The translations under genes were made by a program, and so were the position numbers. From Longivirga aurantiaca (GTDB lineage: Bacteria > Actinomycetota > Actinomycetes > S36-B12 > CAIYMF01), in NCBI RefSeq assembly GCF_042660085.1, contig NZ_JBHSTI010000008.1:90001-122000 (forward strand): a stretch of 32,000 bases of DNA. The letters are read 5' to 3'. Shown here in pieces: positions 18,081 to 26,458 of this stretch (position 1 is its first letter; every line of letters starts with the position of its first letter). A model generated the notes under the pieces. That model saw only the letters and a list, made by a program, of their open reading frames with translations, ran no database searches and was not told the DNA's origin.

Positions 18081-19481
18081 ATGACCACAGTCGCCCCGAG
18101 CCGTGAGCTCACCGACTCCGAGCACCTGGCCCTCGCCGAGTTCCTCTCGCGGACGGCCGGCCTGGTGTTCGACCGCAGTCGTCGTCCGGCCATCGCCGGG
18201 ATCGTCTCCGACCGCATCGCCGCGACCGGTGCAGCCGACCTCGGTGCCTACCTCGCGCGGGTCAGCGCACCGACGGGCGCCGACGAGCGGCAGCGCCTCC
18301 TCGACGAGGTCACGATCCCCGAGACGCACTTCTTCCGGAACCCGCCGCAGATGCACGCGCTGCAGCACCGTCTGCTGCCCGAGCTCATGCGCCGCGCCGT
18401 CGCCCGCGGCCGCGCGCTGACGATCTGGAGCGCAGGCTGCTCGAGCGGCGAGGAGCCATACTCGCTCGCGATGCTCGCGCTCGAGGTGGCCGAGACGCTG
18501 CCCGAGGCGCCCGAGATCCGCATCGTGGCCACCGACCTCTCCTCCGCCGCGGTCAGCGCGACCGTGCGGGGAAGGTACGCCGGACGCTCCCTCGCCCTCG
18601 TCGAGCCGGAGCGGCTCGAGCGGTTCTTCGCGCCGGGCGTGGGCGGTGCCTTCGAGGTGTCGCCCGAGGTCCGTGCGCTCGTCGACGTACGGCTGCACAA
18701 CCTCGTGACCGACCAGCCGCCGTTCGAGCACGGCGAGGTCGACCTCGTCGTGTGCCGCAACGTCACCATCTACTTCGCGCGCGACACGACCCGCGACCTC
18801 GTCGGACGCTTCCACGGAGTGCTCGGCGCCGGCGGCTACCTGGTGCTCGGCCACGCCGAGACGCTGTGGCAGGTGACCGACGCGTTCACGCTCGTGACCC
18901 TCGGGGACGCGTTCGCCTACCGCAAGGACGTGCCGGTCGTCCGCGTGCCTGAGCCCGAGCCCGAGCCGGAGCCGCGCCCCCGGCGTCCGCTGCCGGCGCC
19001 CCGCGTCGCGCCCCCGCGGCCGCACTCGCGCGACGAGCTCGACCACGTCCCGGACCCCGACCTCGCCACCGACCTGCTGCGCCTCGCCCGCGAGGCGATG
19101 GAGCAGACGAGGTACGGCGAGGCCGCGCGTCTGGCGGCTGCGGCCGCGACGGCGAGCCCGTTCGAGGTCGACGCGTACCTCGTCGAGGGACGCGCCCGCG
19201 CGACCGTCGGCGACGACGCCGGCTCGCTCGTGGCCCTGCGCAAGGCGGTCTACCTGTCGCCCGAGCTCGGGCACGCCCGCTTCGCGCTGGCCGGAGCGCT
19301 GTCGCGCTGCGGCGAGCACGCCGCCGCCGCGCGCGAGTACCGCGCCGCGGCCGTCTCCCTGCCGAGCACGTCGGAGAGCGAGCTCGTCGACCTGCTCGAC
19401 GGCTGCGACGTCGTCCAGCTCGTGACGCTGAGCCGCCGCCTCGCCGACGAGTGCGACCGGCGGGCTGTCGAGGAGGGGTGA
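18081..19481 (+). CDS. cheR: CheR-type protein-glutamate O-methyltransferase with C-terminal TPR-like region
   Basis: VTIPETHFFRNPPQMHAL, IWSAGCSSGEEPYSLAM, IVATDLSSAAV, VDLVVCRNVTIYF; then PEPEPEPEPRPRRPLP linker and TPR-like C-terminus. Confidence 0.93.
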   Translation: MTTVAPSRELTDSEHLALAEFLSRTAGLVFDRSRRPAIAGIVSDRIAATGAADLGAYLARVSAPTGADERQRLLDEVTIPETHFFRNPPQMHALQHRLLPELMRRAVARGRALTIWSAGCSSGEEPYSLAMLALEVAETLPEAPEIRIVATDLSSAAVSATVRGRYAGRSLALVEPERLERFFAPGVGGAFEVSPEVRALVDVRLHNLVTDQPPFEHGEVDLVVCRNVTIYFARDTTRDLVGRFHGVLGAGGYLVLGHAETLWQVTDAFTLVTLGDAFAYRKDVPVVRVPEPEPEPEPRPRRPLPAPRVAPPRPHSRDELDHVPDPDLATDLLRLAREAMEQTRYGEAARLAAAAATASPFEVDAYLVEGRARATVGDDAGSLVALRKAVYLSPELGHARFALAGALSRCGEHAAAAREYRAAAVSLPSTSESELVDLLDGCDVVQLVTLSRRLADECDRRAVEEG

Positions 19482-19483
19482 GC

Positions 19484-20059
19484 GTGTCCCTGTTCACCGC
19501 TGCACCGACGCCGTCGGCCGCGCGCCGTTCCGCGGCTCCAGCCCCGGCGCCCGCTGCCGTCGAGCCCGGCCCGCGCACGCCGGTGAGCGGCGACGGCGGC
19601 CACGTGCTGTTCGCGGTCGGTGCCACGACCTTCGCCGTCGCCGTGGGCGACGTCCACGAGATCACCCGTGCGCCGCGGCTCGACCTCCTGCCCGAGATCG
19701 ACCGGCCCGGCTACGGCTTGGCCGTCGCGCTCGTCGACGTGCGGGGACGCTCGGTGCCGGTGGTCGACCTGCGCACCGATCGGTCGTGCCCCGGCGATGT
19801 GCTGCTGCCGGTCTACCGGCGGCACGCGGGCCTCGTCGTCGACCGTGTGGTGCGGGTGACCGCTGCGGGCGAGCTCGTGCCCGAGACCGACGAGGTGCCC
19901 GAGACGCTGCCGTCGTGGACGCGCGGGATCGTGCGCCCGGCCGGCGGCGGCGACCCGGTCGTCGTGGTCGCGATGCCCGACGCCGCGGCGATCGAGACCG
20001 GCGGTGCGCGGGCCGGCGAGCCACCGCTCGGGTCGCCGGTGCTCGGCGCCGAGGCCTGA
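19484..20059 (+). CDS. cheW: CheW-domain protein
   Basis: HVLFAVGATTFAVAVGDVHEITRAPRLDLLPEIDRPGYGLAVALVDVRGRSVPVVDLRTD...GLVVDRVVRV; AGGAGG at 19471-19476 before GTG 19484. Confidence 0.88.
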   Translation: MSLFTAAPTPSAARRSAAPAPAPAAVEPGPRTPVSGDGGHVLFAVGATTFAVAVGDVHEITRAPRLDLLPEIDRPGYGLAVALVDVRGRSVPVVDLRTDRSCPGDVLLPVYRRHAGLVVDRVVRVTAAGELVPETDEVPETLPSWTRGIVRPAGGGDPVVVVAMPDAAAIETGGARAGEPPLGSPVLGAEA

Positions 20060-20144
20060 GCCGCGGCGAAGCCCGTGCATCGGCGCCACGGGTCCGACAT
20101 CCTGGCTGTGGCGGGCAGGGGGCCCGGAGGGGCAGGTCGCGCAC

Positions 20145-20699
20145 ATGTCGTCGTACCGACGGACCGTGGTGGGCGACGTCGTGCCTGGCCGCGGCGCCAT
20201 CGCGTTCGCCTGGGCGGTCTCGATCGCCGTGTTCGGGCTGTCCTTCGTCGCCACCCTCGTCGTCACGATGCTGCTGGTGTCGCCCGTCGCGATGCGCGCG
20301 GATGCGAGCAACCCCCTGGGCGTGCAGTGGGACTCCTGGGCGTCGTGGCTCTGCCTCGGCCTCGCCCTGCTCGTGGGGACCCTGATGATCACGGCCGGCG
20401 GGGGCAGCGGCCTCGTGTGGAAGTGGGCGGAGCTGCGCGTGCTCGACGGCACGGGCGCCGTGGCGTCATGGCCTCGGCGTGCGCTGCGGCCGCTCGTGCT
20501 CGGTGTCGTGGTGCTCGCGGTGCTCGCCGTACGGCACGACACCGGGGGTGCGCTGATCGGGATCGCCCTCGTGGGCGTGGCGCTCGGAACGTCGCTGGCT
20601 GCGGCGGACCGCCGCGGGGTGATGGAGCGGGCGCTCGGGCTGCGCGACGTGACCTACGGTCAGGTGCCCGCCCCCGACGACCACCCCGTGACGACCTGA
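20145..20699 (+). CDS. RDD-like family membrane protein
   Basis: 184 aa multi-TM; LRVLDGTGAVASWPRRALRPLVLG, AADRRGVMERALGLRDV pattern. Confidence 0.6.
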   Translation: MSSYRRTVVGDVVPGRGAIAFAWAVSIAVFGLSFVATLVVTMLLVSPVAMRADASNPLGVQWDSWASWLCLGLALLVGTLMITAGGGSGLVWKWAELRVLDGTGAVASWPRRALRPLVLGVVVLAVLAVRHDTGGALIGIALVGVALGTSLAAADRRGVMERALGLRDVTYGQVPAPDDHPVTT

Positions 20700-20711
20700 G
20701 CCGTCGGTGCG

Positions 20712-21809
20712 TCAGACGTAGCGCTCGAGGATGCTGGACTCCGCGAGCCGGCTGAGGCCCTCGCGGATCGAGCGGGCGCGCGTTTCGCCCACGCCCTCGA
20801 CGGCCTGCAGGTCGTCGATGCTCGCGGCCAGCAGGCGCTGGAGCCCGCCGAAGTGGTCGACGAGGCGGTCGAGCACGACCTCGGGCAGGCGCGGCACGCG
20901 GGCGAGCAGGCGGAAGCCGCGCGGGCTGACGGCCTGGTCGAGCACCTCGGGCGCGGTCGGGAATCCGATCGCGCGGGCGACCGTCGTGAGGTCGAGGAGC
21001 TCGGTGGCGGTCAGCGCGTCGAGGTCGTCGAGCGCCGTCTCGAGGGTGCGGGCCGACTTCTTGCTCGTGGGAGCCGGGAGGTAGTCGCGGATCACGAGCT
21101 GGCGGTCGATGTCGACGCCGGCGATGAGCTCGATGAGCTGCAGCGAGAGCAGGCGGCCGTCGGTGCCGAGCTCGACGAGGTAGTCGGAGATCTCCGCCGA
21201 GATGCGCCGGACCATCTCGAGCCGCTGGGCCACCGCGCAGACGTCGCGGACGGTGACGAGGTCCTCGATCTCGAGCGCCGAGAGGGTGCCGCTGACCTCG
21301 TCGAGGCGCATCTTGTAGCGCTCGAGGGTGGCGAGGGCCTGGTTGGCGCGCGACAGGATCTGGCCGGAGTCCTCGAGCACGTGGCGGCGACCGGCCACGT
21401 ACAGGGCGATCGTGTTCATGGACTTGCTGACGCTCACGACGGGGAAGCCGGCCTGCTTGGAGACGCGGTCGGCGGTGCGGTGGCGGGTGCCCTGCTCGTC
21501 GGTGGGGATCGTGGGGTCGGGCAGGAGCTGGACCGCGGCGCGCAGCAGGCGGGTGCCCTCGCGGTCGCAGATGACCGCGCCGTCCATCTTCGCGAGCTCG
21601 CGCAGGCGCTGCGCCGAGAACTCGATGTCGAGGGAGAAGCCGCCGGATGCCATCGCCTCGATGGTGCGGTCGTGGCCGAGGACGACGAGCCCGCCGGTGC
21701 GACCGCGCAGGATGCGCTCGAGGCCGTCGCGCAGGACCGTTCCCGGGGCCACCGCGGCGATCGCCGCCCGCAGGGCGAGGTCGACCTCGTCGCGCTTCTC
21801 GCTCGCCAC
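20712..21809 (-). CDS. disA: DNA integrity scanning diadenylate cyclase DisA
   Basis: GTVLRDGLERILRGRTGGLVVLG, MDGAVICD, TIPTDEQGTRHRTADRVSKQAG; C-terminal HhH FGGLQRLLAASIDDLQAVEGVGETRARSIREGLSRL. Confidence 0.97.
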   Translation of the reverse strand: MASEKRDEVDLALRAAIAAVAPGTVLRDGLERILRGRTGGLVVLGHDRTIEAMASGGFSLDIEFSAQRLRELAKMDGAVICDREGTRLLRAAVQLLPDPTIPTDEQGTRHRTADRVSKQAGFPVVSVSKSMNTIALYVAGRRHVLEDSGQILSRANQALATLERYKMRLDEVSGTLSALEIEDLVTVRDVCAVAQRLEMVRRISAEISDYLVELGTDGRLLSLQLIELIAGVDIDRQLVIRDYLPAPTSKKSARTLETALDDLDALTATELLDLTTVARAIGFPTAPEVLDQAVSPRGFRLLARVPRLPEVVLDRLVDHFGGLQRLLAASIDDLQAVEGVGETRARSIREGLSRLAESSILERYV

Positions 21810-21969
21810 CGTCGGCCCCCTGCGTCTCGCGCCCGGGCTCGTGGGTTCACGCGCTGGCTGCGGCTCCCGGGCGCCGCCACTCTAGCGACGCGCGGCGAGC
21901 GGGTGCCGCTCCGGGTCGCGCCGATACGTTCTCGAGACGTGCGAGCCCGCGTTGCGCGCTGCTGGTCGG

Positions 21970-23472
21970 TCAGACGACGGAGAGGTGGCGCAGCATCGCG
22001 AACGCGTCCTCGAGGTGGTGCACCTCGGTGATGCGTGCGCCGTCGAGGGCGCCGCGGGCATCCGGCGGCAGCTTGGCCCTGGTGCCGCGGGGGACGAGGA
22101 TCCGCTCGAAGCCCAGGCGGCGCGCCTCGGCCACGCGCTGGGCGAGGAACGGCACGGGTCGCACGTCGCCCGACAGGGCGACCTCGCCGATCGCGAGCAC
22201 GTCGCCGTGCAGCGCGCGGTCGAGGCTCGCCGACGCGATCGCGAGGCAGACCGCGAGGTCGCAGGCAGGGTCCGAGAGCTTGGCCCCGCCGACGGTGGCG
22301 ACGTACACCTCCTTGTCGGAGATGGGTCGGCGTACCGAGCGCTCGGTGACCGCGATGAGCATGGAGACCCGGGCGGCGTCGAGCCCGCTGACGCCGCGAC
22401 GGGGGTTGGGGGTGGCGGCGTTGGTGACGAGCGACTGCACCTCGGCCAGCATCGGGCGCCGGCCCTCCATCGTGACCGTGACGCAGACGCCGGGGACGGG
22501 CTTGTCGCGGTGCTCGCGGAACAGGTCGCTGGGGTCGGTGACCTCGCGCAGGCCGTCCTCGGCCTGCTCGAAGCAGACGATCTCGTCGGCCGGGCCGTAG
22601 CGGTTCTTCACCGCGCGCAGCAGGCGCAGCGCGGTGTGGCGGTCGCCCTCGAAGGTGAGGACGGTGTCGACGAGGTGCTCGAGGGCGCGGGGCCCGGCGA
22701 TGCTGCTGTCCTTGGTCGACTGGCCGACGATGAGCATCGGCGTACGGCGGGACTTCGCGACCCGGCTCAGCACCTGGGTGACCTCGACGACCTGCGAGAC
22801 GCCGCCGGCGCGGCCCTCGACGTCGGCGCTGGCGATGGTCTGCACCGAGTCGACGATGATCAGCGCGGGATCGTGCTCCTCGATGTGGCCGAGGAGGGTG
22901 GCGAGGTCGTTCTCGTCGGCGAGCAGCAGGCGCTCGGAGTCGGCGCCGATGCGCCGGGCCCTGACGCCGATCTGCTCGACCGACTCCTCGCCCGAGACGT
23001 ACAGCACGGTGCTGCGCCCGCCGGTGACGCCGGCGTCCCACTCGCCCGCCGTCGCGGTGCCGCCGGAGGCCGCCGAGGAGGCGCTGCGCCCCGCGTCCGT
23101 GCCGCCGGGCTCGGCGAGGCGCTCGGCGACGTGGTGGCCCACGGCGAGCAGCAGCGTGGACTTGCCGACGCCCGGCTCGCCCGCGACGAGCACGACCTGG
23201 CCGGGGACGAGGCCGCCGCCGAGGACGCGGTCGAACTCGCCGATGCCGCTGGAGGAGCGGACGACCTCCTGCTCGGCGATCTGGCTGACGGGTCGGGCCG
23301 CACGCGTGGGGGCCACGCCGTCCGTGCGGGCCTTGAGCCCCGACGCCGACGTTGGCGCCGACACCTCGGCCACCGTGCCCCACGCCTGGCACTCGCCGCA
23401 GCGGCCGACCCACTTGGGCGACGTCCACCCGCACTCCGTGCACCGGAACCCCGGCAGCCGCACCTTCGCCAT
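21970..23472 (-). CDS. radA: DNA repair protein RadA
   Basis: MAKVRLPGFRCTECGWTSPKWVGRCGECQAWGTV zinc finger, GEPGVGKSTLLLAVG, KNRYGPADEIVCFE motif, Lon-like C-terminal domain. ATG 23472 preferred over longer ORF. Confidence 0.97.
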   Translation of the reverse strand: MAKVRLPGFRCTECGWTSPKWVGRCGECQAWGTVAEVSAPTSASGLKARTDGVAPTRAARPVSQIAEQEVVRSSSGIGEFDRVLGGGLVPGQVVLVAGEPGVGKSTLLLAVGHHVAERLAEPGGTDAGRSASSAASGGTATAGEWDAGVTGGRSTVLYVSGEESVEQIGVRARRIGADSERLLLADENDLATLLGHIEEHDPALIIVDSVQTIASADVEGRAGGVSQVVEVTQVLSRVAKSRRTPMLIVGQSTKDSSIAGPRALEHLVDTVLTFEGDRHTALRLLRAVKNRYGPADEIVCFEQAEDGLREVTDPSDLFREHRDKPVPGVCVTVTMEGRRPMLAEVQSLVTNAATPNPRRGVSGLDAARVSMLIAVTERSVRRPISDKEVYVATVGGAKLSDPACDLAVCLAIASASLDRALHGDVLAIGEVALSGDVRPVPFLAQRVAEARRLGFERILVPRGTRAKLPPDARGALDGARITEVHHLEDAFAMLRHLSVV

Positions 23473-23531
23473 GCCCCGCACCCTACGGACCCCCACCGAC
23501 CCCACCCCGACCCCGTCGACCCTCGGTTCCG

Positions 23532-23579
23532 GATGAAGGCGACCTTCATCCAATAGAGCCGAACAATCCTTCCCATCAC
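23532..23579. repeat. Dispersed palindromic repeat, short form, copy 2
   Basis: GATGAAGGCGACCTTCATCCAATAGAGCCGAACAATCCTTCCCATCAC between the divergent radA and the 23633 gene. Confidence 0.85.
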
Positions 23580-23632
23580 GGACGGCGTTATCCACAGCCC
23601 CCGCATTCATCCTGGCCGCGGTTCCAGGCGGC

Positions 23633-24634
23633 GTGGAGCCTGAGGGCATGCCTCGCCGCGCCGAGTGGAGCAAGGACGCCGTACGCCTGGTCGCGGCGCG
23701 TCAGCTCGGACTCATCACCAGTGCCCAACTGACCAGCCTGTCGGTTCCGCGGTCGACGATCGCGTGGTCCGAGCAGGTGGGCGGAATGTTCAGCTGGGTC
23801 CTTCCGGGGGTCCACAGGTTCGAGGGCTCTGGCCCGCTCACGCGTGATCAGGAGAACCTCGCGTCGCTCCTCTGCGGCGGGTTCGGATCCATGCTGAGCG
23901 GTGCCCGGGCGTTGGAGCTGTACGGCGTACGCGCGGCCAGGCGCCGCTCGTTCGGTGGTGACCAGTGGGCACTGGTTCTGGTGCCCCACGAGCGCAAGCG
24001 TTCGAGCCGCGAGTTCGTGCGCATCGAGCGGACTCTCTGGCTCCCGGAGCCGAGGAGCCTCGGCCTCGTCCTCGCCGCGCCACCTGCTCGTGCAGCGATG
24101 GACGCTGCCCGCGCGTGCACTGTGGAGGACGACGTCCGGGCGCTCATCTTCGAGGTGGTGCAGCGGGGGATCACGACGCCCGAGGCGCTATCAGACGAGC
24201 GGATCCGCGGCCAGATCCGCGGATCTCGTTTCGCCCGCCTCGCGCTCGAGGAGGTGTTCGCCGGCGTGCGCTCCGTCCCGGAGGGCGACGTACGGCGGAT
24301 CTTCGAATCCCGCGGCGTGACCGGGCTGCTCTACAACCCGATGCTCTACCTGCCCGACGGCAGCTTCCTCTGCTCGCCCGATGCCTACGACCCGCTCACC
24401 GGCACCGCGCTCGAGGTCGACAGCCGCGAGCATCACTTCTCGGTCCAGAGCTGGGAGGCCACGATGCTGCGCCACGGCCGCATGACCGCTGCCGGGCTCG
24501 GAGTCCTGCACTCGCCGCCGAGCCGCATCACGCGGCAACCGGACGACGTCGTCGACGAGTTCTGCCGTACGCAGTCGTCGCGTCTCGGCTGGGTGCCGAC
24601 CGTTGTCGTGCGACCCTCGTCGCCCGCCGCGTGA
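23633..24634 (+). CDS. AbiEi-antitoxin-domain-like protein with DUF559/Vsr-like C-terminus
   Basis: N-terminal wHTH-like DAVRLVAARQLGLITSAQLTSLSVPRSTIAWSEQVGGMFSWVLPGVHRF; C-terminal LLYNPMLYLPDGSFLCSPDAYDPLTGTALEVDSREHHFS. Start 23633 (GTG) or 23648 (ATG). Confidence 0.65.
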   Translation: MEPEGMPRRAEWSKDAVRLVAARQLGLITSAQLTSLSVPRSTIAWSEQVGGMFSWVLPGVHRFEGSGPLTRDQENLASLLCGGFGSMLSGARALELYGVRAARRRSFGGDQWALVLVPHERKRSSREFVRIERTLWLPEPRSLGLVLAAPPARAAMDAARACTVEDDVRALIFEVVQRGITTPEALSDERIRGQIRGSRFARLALEEVFAGVRSVPEGDVRRIFESRGVTGLLYNPMLYLPDGSFLCSPDAYDPLTGTALEVDSREHHFSVQSWEATMLRHGRMTAAGLGVLHSPPSRITRQPDDVVDEFCRTQSSRLGWVPTVVVRPSSPAA

Positions 24635-24638
24635 CGGC

Positions 24639-25085
24639 CTAGCGCGTACGGCGAGGCAGCGGGAACCGGTCGGGGTCGACGTCGAACCGCTGGCGCGCCG
24701 TCAGCGTCGAGACGACCAGGTCGTACGAGTCCTCGACGAGCTCGCGCAGGACGTCGTCGGGCACCGATCCGTCGAGCGTGACGGAGATCCAGTGCCGCTT
24801 GTTCATGTGGTAGCCGGGCTCGATCGCCGGATGCTCAGCGATCAGCGTGGGCCCGACCTCGGGTTCGACCTTGAGCGTGACGATGCCGGGGTCGCCCCAC
24901 AGGCCGATCATCGCGAAGAGCTTGCCGCCGGCGTGGCGCCCGGTGCCGACGTCGGTCGCTGTGGCGATACCGACCTTGTACACGTTCACGTCGTCGCCGA
25001 ACGGGTGGGTCAGCGTGGCGCCGGGCAGCTCGAGCGGCATCGCGAGCGCCCTCGTCCGCTGATCCGTCGTACGCCGTCGAGCCAT
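24639..25085 (-). CDS. MmcQ/YjbR family protein
   Basis: LPGATLTHPFGDDVNVYKVG...KLFAMIGLWGDPGIVTLKVEPEVGPTLIAEHPAIEPGYHMNKRHWISVTLDGSVPDDVLRELVEDSYDLV. Confidence 0.9.
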   Translation of the reverse strand: MARRRTTDQRTRALAMPLELPGATLTHPFGDDVNVYKVGIATATDVGTGRHAGGKLFAMIGLWGDPGIVTLKVEPEVGPTLIAEHPAIEPGYHMNKRHWISVTLDGSVPDDVLRELVEDSYDLVVSTLTARQRFDVDPDRFPLPRRTR

Positions 25086-25141
25086 GGCACGACTGTACGG
25101 ACGCCCGAGGACAACGGCCGCGGCGCTGGACGTGGTTGCCG

Positions 25142-25231
25142 GGATTGTTCGGCTCTATTGGATGAAGTCCCCTACCGGGCGAGGCCTCCGGCCATCGTCG
25201 CCCGGCGGGGGCCCATCCCTTCATCGCAAAC
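25142..25231. repeat. Dispersed palindromic repeat, long form, copy 3
   Basis: 25142-25167 GGATTGTTCGGCTCTATTGGATGAAG is the exact reverse complement of part of copy 2; GATGAAG...CTTCATC now encloses CCGGGCGA-GGCC-TCC-GGCC-...-TCGCCCGG. Confidence 0.85.
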
Positions 25232-25240
25232 GATCGAGGG

Positions 25241-26104
25241 CTATTCGGGGTCGGCGGGATGGGGGGCGAAGGGGAGGAGGGCGGCGGCGCGCTCGGCGGG
25301 GGTGCGCTGGCGGGCGGCGACCTTGCGCGCGGCGGTGAGGGCGGCCATGCGCGCCTCGCAGTGCGCCTCGAGGACGTCGTACGCCGGCTGGCCCATGAGC
25401 TCGATCAGCGTGCCCCGCTCGGTGACGTAGACCGGCTCGGGCGCGACATGCGCCTCGGTCGAGCCGCTGCAGTACCAGTCGAGGTCGTGGCCGCCCGGGC
25501 CCCAGCCGCGACGGTCGTACTCGAAGATCTGCACGAGCAGGATCTGCGTGCCGTCGGTGCGCTCGACGTGCTGGAAGGTGCGGCGTACCGGCAGCTGCCA
25601 GCACACGTCGGGCTTCACCTCGAGCGGCTGCTTCCCGATGCGCAGGGCGAGGCTGTGCAGCGAGCACCCCTCGCCACCCTCGAAGCCCTTGCGGTTGAGG
25701 AACACGCACGCGCCGTCGACCACGCGCGTCTTGCGCTGGCCGTCCTCGTCCCTCTCGACGACGCCCTTCTTGCGGCCGGTCTTCTCGTACTGCCACGTCT
25801 CGGGCGTGAGCATCGCGGCGTACTTCTTCATGCGCTTCTCGTCGTCCTTGTCCGAGAAGTGCGCGCCGAGGACGCAGCAGCCGTCGTCCGGCTTGGTCGC
25901 GTCGATGCCGTGGCAGCCGCTGCCGTAGATGCACGTCCATCGGCTCGTGAGCCAGGTGAGGTCGCAGCGGTAGACGGTGGTGCCGTCGGCGTCCGCCGGG
26001 TCGGGGAACTCGATCCACGCGCGTGGGAAGTCCAGCGGCACCTCGTCGCCGCGTCCGATGACGACGTCGACCGGACCGCTCTTCTTCTTGCCTCCACCAG
26101 CCAC
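25241..26104 (-). CDS. Cys-rich conserved-looking protein, possible metal or Fe-S binding
   Basis: 287 aa; [40 protein letters not shown]...[23 protein letters not shown]...VCWQLPVRR...LDWYCSGS. Confidence 0.7.
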   Translation of the reverse strand: MAGGGKKKSGPVDVVIGRGDEVPLDFPRAWIEFPDPADADGTTVYRCDLTWLTSRWTCIYGSGCHGIDATKPDDGCCVLGAHFSDKDDEKRMKKYAAMLTPETWQYEKTGRKKGVVERDEDGQRKTRVVDGACVFLNRKGFEGGEGCSLHSLALRIGKQPLEVKPDVCWQLPVRRTFQHVERTDGTQILLVQIFEYDRRGWGPGGHDLDWYCSGSTEAHVAPEPVYVTERGTLIELMGQPAYDVLEAHCEARMAALTAARKVAARQRTPAERAAALLPFAPHPADPE

Positions 26105-26306
26105 GCCGCAACCCTAGGCCGTGGCCGCGGACCGCACGTGCCTGGGCGCCGTTCCGACGCCGCGACGAGACGTACGCCGGGGCCTCGCCCTCGCGCCGTA
26201 CGCCGACCCAGGGCGGCACGGTTGGCGCAACGCCACGGCCGCTGTACGCGGCCCCCTGGCTGGCCGGCCGGGGCTATGCAGGCCGGGTTCTTGCGCTCTG
26301 AGCAGC

Positions 26307-26374
26307 GAAGTCCCCTCCCGGGCGAGGGCTTCGCCCATCGTCGCCCGGTGGGGGCCCATCCCTTCATCGCACAC
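26307..26374. repeat. Dispersed palindromic repeat, long form, copy 4
   Basis: Ungapped 62/68 match with 25164-25231; same nested stem organisation. Confidence 0.85.
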
Positions 26375-26458
26375 GGGAATCGTCCGCGAGGGGTGAACAA
26401 TCGGTGCGATTGCGCGGGGCGTGTCCCCGCCCAGGCGTGCGCCGCCTAGGCTCGGGCC

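Noticed and set aside
23633-25085. AbiEi-like plus MmcQ/YjbR as a toxin-antitoxin or defence pair
   Set aside because: Genes are convergent, and MmcQ/YjbR is not an AbiEii-type nucleotidyltransferase.
25140-26374. Repeat pair as terminal inverted repeats of a transposon carrying the Cys-rich gene
   Set aside because: The 68 nt copies at 25164-25231 and 26307-26374 lie in direct, not inverted, orientation; no transposase and no target duplications visible. They could still mediate recombination, but a transposon call is unsupported.
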